Assembly (NCBI RefSeq): GCF_009914755.1
Contig: NC_060928.1
Source of the DNA: the human T2T-CHM13v2.0 reference genome, Homo sapiens
Length of the DNA: 64,000 nt
Strand: one strand, 5' to 3'
Notes under the pieces: model-generated
The model's database searches: none
Seen by the model: only the letters and a program-made list of their open reading frames with translations
What the model was told of the DNA's origin: nothing
Made by a program: the position numbers and the translations under genes
Shown here: piece by piece, positions 25,761-39,644 of the stretch
Numbering within the stretch: the stretch's first letter is position 1
How the letters are laid out: every line of letters starts with the position of its first letter

Positions 25761-25799
25761 AAATATATATCTCACCTCAAAAGAAAGAACAATAAGAGC

Positions 25800-26450
25800 T
25801 GGGTTGGGGAAACAATAAGGAATGATAAAGCCTGTATAGTAAGCAGAAGATGCTGCCCAGCCATATAAAAGGGTTTCAGCCCCAGATAAGGGCTGTAGAG
25901 TGTAAGGGCTGAGCTTCTACCCACCACATGTGGAGAAAATATGTAGCTTTGGCCCATGTGAAAGGAAAATGGACCTAAATCACTGAATAAGTTCAACAGC
26001 CTCTAAGGTCTGGTCTATCTGTGGAAATGAGACTACAAAAATTCTAACCATTAGCCCAGAGGAAGCTGTAAGGAAGGCTGCCATTTGATCAGGCCAGTGG
26101 GAGAGGGAAGGTTCCAATGAGAAATCAAAACCTCAGGCCCATCCAGAATGGGTTTCATTCTAAATTTGCATTGCCTGTGTTGTAAAGAAACCCCAAAATA
26201 AACATTGACCTAGGCTGTGAAATCCCCAGAGCCCAGTCAGAAGCAAACAGGAAGCTATTCAGTGAGAACATGTCTACAATTCAATGCTCATGGACATTTT
26301 CCAAAAAAAAAACCACAGAAGATTATTTTTCCAATAAAATATTACAAACCCTAGGAAAAAGCAATCCACCATGAGCCAGGGAAGATGCAACAATTGAGAA
26401 AGTAGTTCACCAAAAACTGGAGGTAGTAGAACACTTTGATAAAAGGAAAG
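25800..26450 (+). mobile_element. Very old L1 (L1ME/HAL1-like) 5'/ORF1-proximal remnant
   Basis: 'cagaagcaaacaggaagctattc', 'aataaaatattacaaaccctaggaaaaagcaatccaccatgag' resemble ancient L1 ORF1 start region. Confidence 0.4.
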
Positions 26451-26696
26451 AATATAGAGTTCGATTGGCTGTCATCGGACTAGTCTTGGAAACCAAAAAC
26501 TACCAAAACAAAGGCAACTATTCTTTGAAAAGTTGTCTCTTTTAGGGGCCATGTGCTACCTTGATGTGGCTTCCTAGTGTACATTTCAATTCTCTGCTCC
26601 CTTCAGATTTCCTTTATCTACTTAAAAATAATAACTCTTTGCTCTTTACTTCCATTTGAATGTATTCTTCCATATGCCATATGGAAGCCAGTATAG

Positions 26697-27086
<390 letters not shown>

Positions 27087-27249
27087 AACTTCACCTCTTT
27101 TTCAAGTTCCTCGCTTGTAAAATAAACATAATGGTTTGTATCTAGCAGGATTGATGAAGAGATCTGATGACATAGCACTGTAAAGCCCTCTGCCTAGGAC
27201 CTGGCACAGAAAAGTAATAAATAAATGTTATTCATTATTATTCTTACTA

Positions 27250-27440
27250 ATTACCTTGCACACATTATCATATATCCCTGCAACAATTTTGTAAAAAAAA
27301 ATTACCTCTATGTTACATATTGGGAAACAGTTCATGGAGGTTAAGTATTATACCTGAGATAATGTTGCTAGTAAGTAGTAGAGCTTGAGCATGAACCCAG
27401 ATCTCTTTGACTCTGAGACCTACATGGTCAACCTCTACAC
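27250..27440. mobile_element. MIR, opposite orientation to the preceding one
   Basis: 'gggaaacagttcatggaggttaagta...gctagtaagtagtagagc...gaacccagatct'. Confidence 0.65.
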
Positions 27441-27549
27441 GATACTGTACTGATAAAACTACTCATGAGCCCAAAATGATCACCCTCAACCTTCTCTGCT
27501 AACTCCAGGATTCACCACTGATAGGCAACAATTTCTCTATGTCTTAATG

Positions 27550-27683
27550 TAAATTCATTTATTTACTGAACTTATCATGCTTCTAATATGAGTCTAAGCA
27601 CTGCATAAGGCATGGGGGTCTACAGTAGGGAGTAATGCTGCTGCAATCTAGTGAGATGATCAGACAGTACCTACCCTAAGTAA

Positions 27684-27725
<42 letters not shown>

Positions 27726-28330
27726 AAAATTGTAAAGAGTACTGTGAAAAATATCACAGGGCACAGTAACAGGGTGACAAGTGAAATCTCCTTTAACAAG
27801 AGTGTCACAGAAAGGCATCTGCCAGAAGATAAAATTTAGGCTGAGACTTTTAAAGTGTTTAAAGGAGCCAATATGTGAGGAACAAAAGGCAGAGTAATCA
27901 TGTGCAGAGGCCATAATGTGGAATTGCCGAGGCATATTGGAGGAATGCAGCAGTGCTGGAGCCGCTGAGGACAGGGGATCTGAGGAGAGAGAGCAAGCAA
28001 GGGAGAAGAGTGATGAGGAAAAAAGGAGCCGAGTGGTCATGGAGGTCCATGTTGTGGAGTTCAGATTATACATTAAGTGCAATGAGAAACCACTGAAATT
28101 TTTTAAGTAGAGGAATGACATGATCTGATAGTATTTTTTAAAAAATTACTCCAACTGGATAATGGGCTTAACAGATAACACACTACAAATGAAGAAACCA
28201 AGTAGGAAGCAATGGCAATGCATCAGTAGTGACAGGAGAGTAACAAAGCGAAATGAATAGAGGCAAGATATATTTTTGAGAGAAAATGAAGAACAGTGCT
28301 GATGGATTGAAGAGATTCTGACATAACAGG
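27550..28330 (-). mobile_element. L2 remnant
   Basis: 'ttcatttatttactgaac' 3' end; 'aatgagaaaccactgaaattttttaagtagaggaatgacatgatctga'. Confidence 0.75.
27686..27723. repeat. (GT)19 microsatellite
   Basis: Direct reading. Confidence 0.97.
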
Positions 28331-30006
28331 CTCTCACCCATTCAAGATTAGGCCTAATACATCTTGAGTCGCTGCTTAGTCAATGATTGGCTTCCTCTGA
28401 GCTCTGTGTCTATTCCCAACCAACCAGCTATGATCAGGGACCAGAGGCAGCATGAGGGGTAATCCTTGGAGAGGCTGTGGATGAAGCAGGCTCTATGAAA
28501 AAATGTCACATTTCTTCTATTCAATCTCATCTCCCATACTAGAGAGTGAGCTCTTCATGACATGAATTTTTATCTTGTCAAATTTGTACCCCCACATCAA
28601 TTAACAATGTTTTTTACATAGTATGTGCTCGATAAATATATTTCCAAATAAACTAAATTACTCAAGACTAAATCAATGTCACATGAAATTGAAAATCTGT
28701 CTCTTTTTTTCTCCCTATCTCTTTTTGTATGTTTCCTTTCTGTCTCCATGTTCCTTTCTCTTCCATGTAACTAGTATTTTTTTTTACTTGCTGTCAGACT
28801 TTACCATTCAGAAATGACCAAAACAAAAGGAAAAAAATGGTACAAAGAGAAAATCAGCAGTTCTGTTCAATAATAGCCAATTGTTTCCCTGACAGCATCC
28901 AGACAAATAGTCTAAATCACAAATGCATTTGTGACCCTCATTTTGGAAAGGCTGCTCTAATCTTAGGGATGGAATTGAACTTCAGAAATGGGTATCAAGG
29001 TCCTTGGGGGCCCCTCAATTTGCTGTTCCAACACCCCAATGGCTGAACTGCTACCATCCTTTTTCATTCGCTTAATAAAAATAACAAGAAAAACCATAAT
29101 AGCCAAATTTTTCTCTCAAATGCCAAGGTAGCGAGCAATCATTCCCAAATTCCAAGGCAGTAAAAAGACTACTTTGAACAATGCTTTATTTTTACCTCAT
29201 TTATTTCTCAATTTTTATCCCTAGATTAGATATATACCTATGAAAGAGGAGACAATAGCTCGAACAGCAGAATAGTTTAAAGTTGTGAAGCAGATTAAGC
29301 AAAGAATTATGTATAATCACCATAGAATCGCTAAGCTAATCATACTTCTCTCATGCCTTTGTGTAAGACAGTCAAAAGGCAGCCTAGATTTAAAATGAAA
29401 AAAATCACAGCATGACTGGACATGGGTTCCAGGAGCTCCTTTTTAGGAAACAGTAGATCATAAAGTAGTCCTCATTGGATAACACAAAATTTGGGTAAAA
29501 AACCAACCACAATGCTATGGAAACTCGAAGATATTATCTACTGATTTTACACTATGACTGCTTTCAGATTTTCACTGGACAACATTTTCAAAAATGCACA
29601 AATTTCTTAGCTCTTACACATGTGTAAGCACTAATACATATGTAAATACAGAAGATAGATGTTTTCTAAAGATGCTAAAAATTTATTTTTTAGATTATCT
29701 CATGGTAATATTTTACAGAACTAAATTTGAAGGACATATATGATTAAAAAACTAAATTGTTCAGCTACAAATGCTTACATGTGTATTATCTGGATGATAG
29801 CAAAGTCTTTTAATGGGCATGGATTTTGGTTAGTGAAAGTTTCAATAAGTCATATATGCACATCTTTCAATGAAAAAGATTCTCATGGACTCACAATATG
29901 GACTTAAATTTATTTTATTTCAATGTTACTTTAATATGTGCACTGAAAATTAAATAATAAAGTATAAACATATGTTTACTATTCTTTATAAAATCACGTT
30001 AATTTC

Positions 30007-30300
<294 letters not shown>

Positions 30301-30721
30301 GATCACGTTAATTTCAAATGACAAATGATGATTTGTTGAAACCAAATAGCACTTTTTAGGTTTAATGAAAAAGATATATTTCAGGTCTAGTTTCCTATTT
30401 GTTTTATCTACAAATTAGCTTTAATGACAATAATGCAAAGGATGACTTTTACATAAATGTGTTTTTCAGAAAAGCTAATACACTAAAATCTTTGTGCTCT
30501 ATTTCAGGATAATCAGATCTCACATTTATCCAAATCAGCAAATAAGAAAATAAAGTTTCTCTTGATAATTCTCTACAACTATCTTGTTTCCTTGAATATA
30601 TTATTACACTTGTGGCATTATTAAAACCTTAATTAAAATTGGTATCTGATCAATTATAAAAGGAACTTGGAAAAGAAAATGTCTTATATATATTTATACA
30701 TTATATATTATATAAAATTAA

Positions 30722-30722
<1 letters not shown>

Positions 30723-30762
<40 letters not shown>
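30723..30762. repeat. (TA)20 microsatellite
   Basis: Direct reading. Confidence 0.97.
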
Positions 30763-30763
<1 letters not shown>

Positions 30764-31140
30764 TTAATTGCTAATCAATTGTTGCAGAATGGTGTGAACA
30801 AAGGTGGGATCCTCACAATACATTCACACCAAATCATAATATATCATTAAGTTCTATGGCCCAGATGCTTTTGAATTTTGCATACCTGTGTTGAAGCATT
30901 CCATATTATAATCATTAGTTCACTGTTTTTCTGTATTTGAACAACTGTGGAAAACCTCCATGTGTGTAGTGTGCTAACACAGTATTTAGCCTTCACATGT
31001 TACGAAAAAAGTCATAAATATACACAGGAGCACCAAAACTATATGAAATTTAGTTCAACCAGAATATACCAATTTGCAGATCGTAATCCAAATGAAACAC
31101 TAAATTTAAAATATCTTCTGTATACTTCAAATCCCCAAGA

Positions 31141-31191
31141 ACACACACACATACCACACACACGCACCACACACACACACCACACACACAC
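31141..31191. repeat. Imperfect (CA)n
   Basis: Direct reading. Confidence 0.9.
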
Positions 31192-31974
31192 AGCAGTGTG
31201 AAAAATACTAGTTTTTTACAGGAATGCTGGTAACATTTTTTACCCCTTAACACATAGGCAAGACACTTGAAGAAGTATCCCAGGGTTATGCTCAGTTCTG
31301 GATGGTTATTTATAACTCCACTCATTTCTCTCCCACTCAAAAAAAAGCATATTGGAATTCAAGTCACATGAATTCATAGAGATAACCCAAAATATGATCT
31401 AATTTACTTGTAAAGCATTTTGCTAAATTAAAAATTTAAACAATAATTAATAAATTATTTGTAGTACATTTTAGAACACTAGGAATATCATTGATTTTAC
31501 TACAGTTACAGTTAAAAATAAAATAAAATTTAGGGGAGAAACAAAGGGGAGGGCGTAACTCACTACTAGTTTAGACATAAATTTTATTTCATTCATCATT
31601 TAAATATCAAAATAATATTTTAAATGAAAAATAAAATAGTCATTTCATTGTTTCAATTCTCCATGCCCTTGAAAAACACAAGCTATTTGGTTTAGTTCAC
31701 AGTTCTCTTTAGTATCAATTTCTAATACCTTTTTAACCCTAGGCAAAAATCAGTCTGCATGCAAACATACCACTGAGTTCTAAAGGGGCTGAATAATGTT
31801 AAATTCACAAGTCAGATATCACATGATACATATCCAAGCAAATAATTATTTCTCTTAATTAACAAAAATACTTCCTTATGAAATTCAAAGAAACAGTTTT
31901 TTTTTTATTTTTAGGTTTTTTACTGGCCAATTTACACCCTTAAGAATCATTCTTACAGCTAGATGGCATTTAGA

Positions 31975-32220
31975 GGCAGTCTCCATAAGAATCAAGAGCA
32001 TAGAGGTTGGATTTGGAGAGACATGAGTTTAAATCCTGACTCAGCTTACTAGCTATATGACCTTGGACTAATTACTGACTTCTCTATGCATGTTTACTCT
32101 TCCATAAAATGAGCATCATGATACGTAATCACACTAAGGAAGGGTTCTTAAATCAAATAAAATTTGTGACATTGCAATCTGTAACAGTAACAATTGAGGG
32201 CCAATAATTATTAGCACATT
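31975..32220. mobile_element. MIR
   Basis: 'gagtttaaatcctgactcagcttactagctatatgaccttggactaattact...ataaaatgag'. Confidence 0.75.
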
Positions 32221-32989
32221 AAGATTTAGTGTTAGCTATTTTAAAACTCCCTCCTTTCTAAGATCAGAACCAGTACAATTATTCACACTTTATGAATGAG
32301 ACTGCAGTCATGCATCATTTAGTGGTGGCAATATGTTCTGGGAAATGCACTGTTAGTTGATTTAATCATCATGCTAATATCAGATTATACTGACACAAAC
32401 CTACGCGGTGTAGCTTACTATACACCTAGGCTATGTGGTGTAGCTTATTACTCCTAGACTATGAACCTGTACAGCATGTTTCTGCACTGAATACTATGTG
32501 CAACTGTAAAACAATGTTAAGTGTTTGTGTATCTAAACATATCTAAACATAGAAAAGGTAAGGTATAAAAGGTTAAAAAAAGGTACACCTGTGTAGGGCA
32601 CTTATGAATGGAGCTTGCAGGGCTGGAATTTGCTGGGTGAGTCAATGAGCGAGTGAATGTGAAGGCCTAGGACATTACTGTACACTACTATAGACTTTAT
32701 AAATACCGTACACTTAAGCTACACTAAATTTATTTTAAAACATATTTTCTTCCTTCAACGATAAATTAACTTTAGCTTACCATAACAGTTTTACTTTATA
32801 CACTTTTTAAATTTTTTAAAAATTTTTTATTCTTATGTAGTAACACTTAGCTTAAAACACAAACACATTATACAGCTGTACAAAAATATTTTCTTTCTTC
32901 ATATCCTTCTTCTATAAGCCTTTTTCTATTTCTCAAATATTTAATTCTTTTATGTTACTTTTTAAACTTTTTAGTTAAAAACTAAGACA

Positions 32990-34272
<1,283 letters not shown>

Positions 34273-34276
34273 TTTT

Positions 34277-34632
34277 AAAAAAAATGATGAGTTCATGTCC
34301 TTTGTAGGGACATGGATGAAGCTGGAAACCATCATTCTCAGCAAACTATTGCAAGGACAGAAAACCAAACACCACATGTTCTCACTCATAGGTGGGAATT
34401 GAACAATGAGAACACAGGGACACAGGAAGGGGAGCATCACACTCCGGGGACTGTTGTGGGGTGGGGGGAGGGAAGAGGGATAGCATTAGGAGATATACCT
34501 AATGTTAAATGATGAGTTAATGGGTGCAGCACACCGACATGACACATGTATACATATGTAACTAACCTGCACATTGTGCACATGTACCCTAAAACTTAAA
34601 GTATAATAAAAAAAAAAATTAAAAAAATAAAA
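34277..34632 (+). mobile_element. Second L1PA 3'-end (~340 bp) immediately after the first
   Basis: Repeats 33933-34265 from 'aaaaaatgatgagttcatgtcc' to 'aaacttaaagtataat' with many substitutions; own A tail. Confidence 0.96.
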
Positions 34633-35072
34633 ACCTGTACAAAATGTTAAAGGTCTTGCCTAGGAAATCCATAATCTTCTTGACATAGCAATGGATAGAG
34701 AAAAAAGCACAGGAAGTTCAGCATCATCTACTTCTGTCGTGAGAGGAGAGATTTCTGTGAAAAATAGTGAAATCATGGTCTCATCACTCCTGTATCCAGC
34801 ATTGATTTATTTTATACAACATGAATCTTTGTAAGTATTAGAACAACTTGTATAATGCTAATATATATTATAAATGTAGAATAAAATTATTAGCAATTAG
34901 ACTACCAAGATAATCTGTTGATTAAAATTAACAAAGGGTATCTCTAAGTTCTTGTAAATGGTCTATAATAGTAGTGATTTATTATCTTGATTAACATAAA
35001 AATCCACTGCCCTGTTCTTTTTAAACAAACAAAGAATAAACATTTATCTAGTGTTCTTTCAAAAAAAAAAAA
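34633..35072 (+). other. Probable L1 3'-transduced non-L1 sequence with its own AATAAA and poly(A)
   Basis: Unique AT-rich sequence; AATAAA 35035-35040; A-run from 35061; right TSD aaaaactaagaca 35073-35085, after which Tigger3 resumes. Confidence 0.85.
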
Positions 35073-35924
35073 AAAAACTAAGACACATTAACTTAGACCT
35101 ACACAGGGTAAAGATCGTCAATATCACTGTCTTCCACCACTACATCTTGTCCCACTGAAAGGTCTTCAGGGGAAATAACATGCATGGAGCTGTCATCTCC
35201 TATGACAACAATGCTGTCTCCTGGAATACCTCCTAAAGGACCTCCCTAAGGCTGTTTTACAGTTGACCTTTTTTTATAAGTAGAAGTAGTAAGCTCTAAG
35301 TAACAATTAATGGTATAGTAACGGTATAAACCAGTAACATATGTTAACATCTGTGATGGGAGGAGGCTGCCTCAAAGGTCTCTGACGTATGTTAACATAT
35401 CTTACTGACTATGTTACTGGTTTATACTATACTTTGTTATTTTAGAGTATATTATCAAGTATGTACTGTATATAATTGTATGCAATATACTTTCCTATAC
35501 CTGGCAACACAAGTTTGTTTACACCAGCATCACCACAAACACATGAGTCATGCCACGATATTACAATGGCTATGATGTCACTAGGCAATACAGATTTTCA
35601 CCCCCATTGTAATCTTATGGGACCAGCCTTATTTATGCAGTCTATCATTGACAGAAATAACTTTATGCAGTACATAACTGTATTGAAGTTCAGGAGATCA
35701 AATCACTTGTCCTAGAATCACACAAATAGAAAGTGGTGAAATCAATAGAATTCTAAGTCTGTCTGACTATAAAATACATGCTCTTTCCTTCCTACCTTAA
35801 TGCTTCCAGCCAGACAAACAGTCCACCCAAGAATGAGTCTTGGTGGTTTCTGCAAGGTGGTGATAGTCAGTAACCCAAAGATGCACCTCTGCCACCAGGA
35901 TACCCAAGTTCTCATCCTCCTTCT

Positions 35925-36100
35925 GCCAAGCACTAGCTGAGTACCCTAGGGAGAGTTATGTTATGTCACTGTGCCTCTGTTTCCTCACCCATCAACCAAA
36001 GATTATATGTCATCTATCTCAGAGGGTTGTTGAGGGGATTGAATAAGGTATGCCATACAAAAAGCTTAAAACAGTGCCTGGCATTACAATTTTTACTATC
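35925..36100. mobile_element. MIR
   Basis: 'ctgtgcctctgtttcctcacccatc...agagggttgttgaggggattgaataag...acagtgcctggca'. Confidence 0.75.
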
Positions 36101-36211
36101 CTGATTGTCTTCTAGGGCCAATAGGATAATGAACTGTAGTATTCTGAAAAAGTTACTAAATAGATTTCCCTGTGATGTAGAAAACAGGTTGCAGAGAGAA
36201 CTGCCTTTCTT

Positions 36212-36450
36212 TTTTATTTTATTTTATTATTTTTTTTATTTTATTATTATTATACTTTAAGTTTTAGGGTACATGTGCACAATGTGCGGTTAGTTACATA
36301 TGTATACATGTGCCATGCTGGTGTGCTGCACCCATTAACTCGTCATTTAGCATTAGGTATATTTCCAAAAGCTATCCCTCCACCTCCCCCCACCCCACAA
36401 CAGTCCCCCAGAGTGTGATGTTCCCCTTCCTGTGTCCATGTGTTCTCATC
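36212..36450 (-). mobile_element. Short young L1PA (L1PA2/3-like) 3' fragment
   Basis: Antisense L1 3'UTR with T-rich tail; perfect 15-bp TSD agaactgcctttctt (36197-36211 / 36451-36465). Confidence 0.97.
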
Positions 36451-37414
36451 AGAACTGCCTTTCTTAAAAGTCTCCTGCAGCACTCAGTGACATCTCAGAC
36501 TTCCTCTTGTGACACAGTTATCAACAGCATAAGGGGGATCATTTTTCTAGCAATTGTGCATGCTTGAGCCAACTGGAATTGAGAATTTGTTCCAAGTTTC
36601 CAGCAGGTTCAAGGACATCTATTCTCTATAGCGAAAGCCAGTCCTTCTTCTTTTTCAAGAAAGCCACATTCAGAATCAGGAGAGACACACACAGGAAAAT
36701 GGAGGGGACACTCAGCTATTGAGCTGCATCAACATTTATGGGTAACAATTGCCAAGCATGCCTGAGTCACCCCTAAAGCTAGCTAGAATTGTCAGCCAAA
36801 GCCTCCCTTCAGGGAATCCCAGAAAGTCCGTAGGAAACATCAACACAGTTTCTCTTTGTGAAAACCTCCAAATGTATCATTAAAGTTCCAGAGGGAATAT
36901 TCAAACTTATGGTATTTATTTTCTTAAAAGAGTTTAGATGGGAAGCGCCTGAGTACTGAGGATGAAAGGCTATATTTATAATTAAATAAGTTGTGGAAAA
37001 TTGCTGTCATTCAGAGACTGGCCAGGAGTGTGGATGAAAAACTAGGATGGGTTTTTTCCTACCCAGAGGCTACTTTAATTCTTTCAGCCTCATAGCTTTA
37101 TAAATTCTCAAATTAGGGAGTCTTAAAACAGAAGCTTCTATTTTGGCAAAGATTCATTAATATTCATTTATGTCCAGTTTCTCATACCTGGGGTAGTTAT
37201 ACATGATGTTTTTAATGTCTTAATTCTGGCTTGTAAAAAATATTTTAAAAGACACATTCCTTATACTTGTATCATGTATAATATAATTACAGTCTACAGG
37301 GTTCTTTGTTTTTTGGACATCAGGTACAGAATGTTCTCTTAATCATACCATTCAGTTCACAGCTAATTATTATCACTGGTCTATACAAGGCACTATCTTG
37401 TTTTATTTGACTCT

Positions 37415-37706
37415 GGGTTTTATTTTCTTTTTGTCTTGTTTTTGTTTTGTTTTTAGACAGGACTCACTCTGTCCCCCAGGTTGCAATGCAGTGGCACGAT
37501 CATGGCTTACTGCATCCTTGACCTCCTGGGTTCAAGTGATCCTCCCAGGTAACAGGGAATACAGGTATGCGCCACTGTGCCCTGCTAATTTTTTTGTATT
37601 TTTTGTAGAGACAGGGTTTGCTGTGTTACACAGGCTGGTCTTGAACTCTAGAGCTCAAACGATCTGCCCACCTCAGCCTTCCAAAGTGAGCCACTGCACC
37701 CAGCAG
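37415..37706 (-). mobile_element. AluJ-like element with internal deletions
   Basis: 'gtggcacgatcatggcttactgcatccttgacctcctggg', 'gctcaaacgatctgccc'. Confidence 0.88.
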
Positions 37707-37719
37707 TGAAATCACTTTC

Positions 37720-38310
37720 TTTTAATTCTATAACCCACTCACATTTTTCTCTTTCCTCTTAGACAACTATTGTAATGTGTTTGATGTCTTTCTGTTTTCA
37801 TGAATTCTTGCAACATGTATATTACTCATTTTTGCATGTATTATCTTATAAAATAGTATATATTTTAGTCTGGTTATTTCATTTTTGAATAAGCGATAGG
37901 TTTTTAAGATAACCTACTTAAAGAACATCTAATTATTTGATTCTAACTACTGCATAGAACTTACTCTGTGTATATTTCCACCATGTTTTCCCTATTCCCT
38001 CTTCTCATGAAGGACCCTCTCTGTTACTGCAATGAGTACCTTCATACATGTATACTTAGAGGTTAGATGACAGACTGTCCAATCCAGAATACTTCTGAGA
38101 GAGATTAGTGGTACTATTACTTAACCTGCCAAGGTAAACTAGTTCATACGGCTTATGTGACATCCTTTGGGATCTACACCAAAGCAAGCATAGTATTCAC
38201 ATGTTTTAATCCAACTACTACCAGATTACTCACCAGAATACAGTACTAGGCTACACTCCAATCAGCACAGACACAGTCTCTATATTGTTTTCATTATAAT
38301 ATTTGCCTAT
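37720..38310 (-). mobile_element. Ancient L1ME 3' remnant
   Basis: 'ttctaactactgcatagaac', 'tactgcaatgagtaccttcatacatg' in antisense L1 order. Confidence 0.5.
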
Positions 38311-39644
38311 AGTTATGTTCTTAGGATTTTTAATTTATAAAAGGCTCTCAAGTCAGTATCAAGAAAAACTAACCCAAATACCTAAACAATTTTAAAGTCA
38401 TTAAAAACATTGATCGGTCTAAGATAGAGTCAGGGGCCAAATGTAATCTCAGAGCCATATGTTCACTTATGTGTACAACTGATTAAAGATGTATTGGTAA
38501 AAATCTTATATCTCAACATTTCCAAATATTTTCTTCATGAAGATACACTCAGTGACACTCACATTTGGGACTACTAAGATTATTTGCCTGTGATACGTAA
38601 TCTGTGCATAGAAGCTGTGAAATCACCTCTTTACCTCCCACTGACCCTTACCAATAGTGTATTAGAACACTAGCTTTGAGAACCAATGTTACGTATTTCA
38701 GTACGTAAATACACTATGCGTGTCATCCTATGTAAGGAAATCTTCCAAATTACTAAAGCTTATTCCTTTAAGTGTCCAAATTTTATTTTAATTCTAATTA
38801 TATTTCCACAAAAGCATAGCCAGGTATAGAAACAAGTGCTTTAAGATATTTTTCCTTTACCAACCACCCTATCCCAAACTTCTATTTTTTATGGCTCCCT
38901 GGATAAAGATTTTGTTTTCTAAAGTTTGTTGTCTGAAATCTATGACATATAGGACTTTTTATATACAACAAATACCTATATTATGGGTTACTACGGAGTC
39001 TGGAATCACTGGAAATATATACCTTGTTCATTCAAGGTACTACAGACTATGGATGTGAGAAAAAAAAAAGGCAGAGATCCAGCAATACAAATACTAAGGT
39101 ATTCCTCTTCCCCCAAAATATTTTGGCATATGATAGATCATGATGATGAGAGAAAGTATAATAGGAGTATGAACGCTTAGTAAATATCTTTTTCTTTGAG
39201 ACAAAACTGGAGCATGAGAGATTATGTTTGCTCCACATGCCATCTATCATGAGGTCGATAAACTCTCTTAAGAGTCTATGAGCCAGACTAGCCTATGTCT
39301 TCTCTATGCTACTCAGAACCTTAAAGGGCTATAACAACTATGTCAACAAGATGGTCCAGGTATGAAAAAATAAGTATAATCAGAATATTTGGCAATAGCA
39401 GAAAAGACAAAAAATTTGCTCCTGATTTGTGACCCTAAAAAAAAATTAACTCGTTTTTATATTGCCAAGTAATGAGTACCACAAACATCTTCAATACATG
39501 CTTGTCCCCCTCACCTCAGTTACATACGATTAACCTCCAGTTCATTTTTCATAGTTTGTTTTCCTTTTGGCTAGCCTAAATCATGATGCTGCTTTTGAAT
39601 AGAAGAAACTTGAGTGGGTGTGAATGTAGTCAATACTAGGTCTT

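Noticed and set aside
27660-28121. 153-aa minus-strand ORF with a (HT)n run
   Set aside because: L2 remnant plus (CA)n microsatellite translation.
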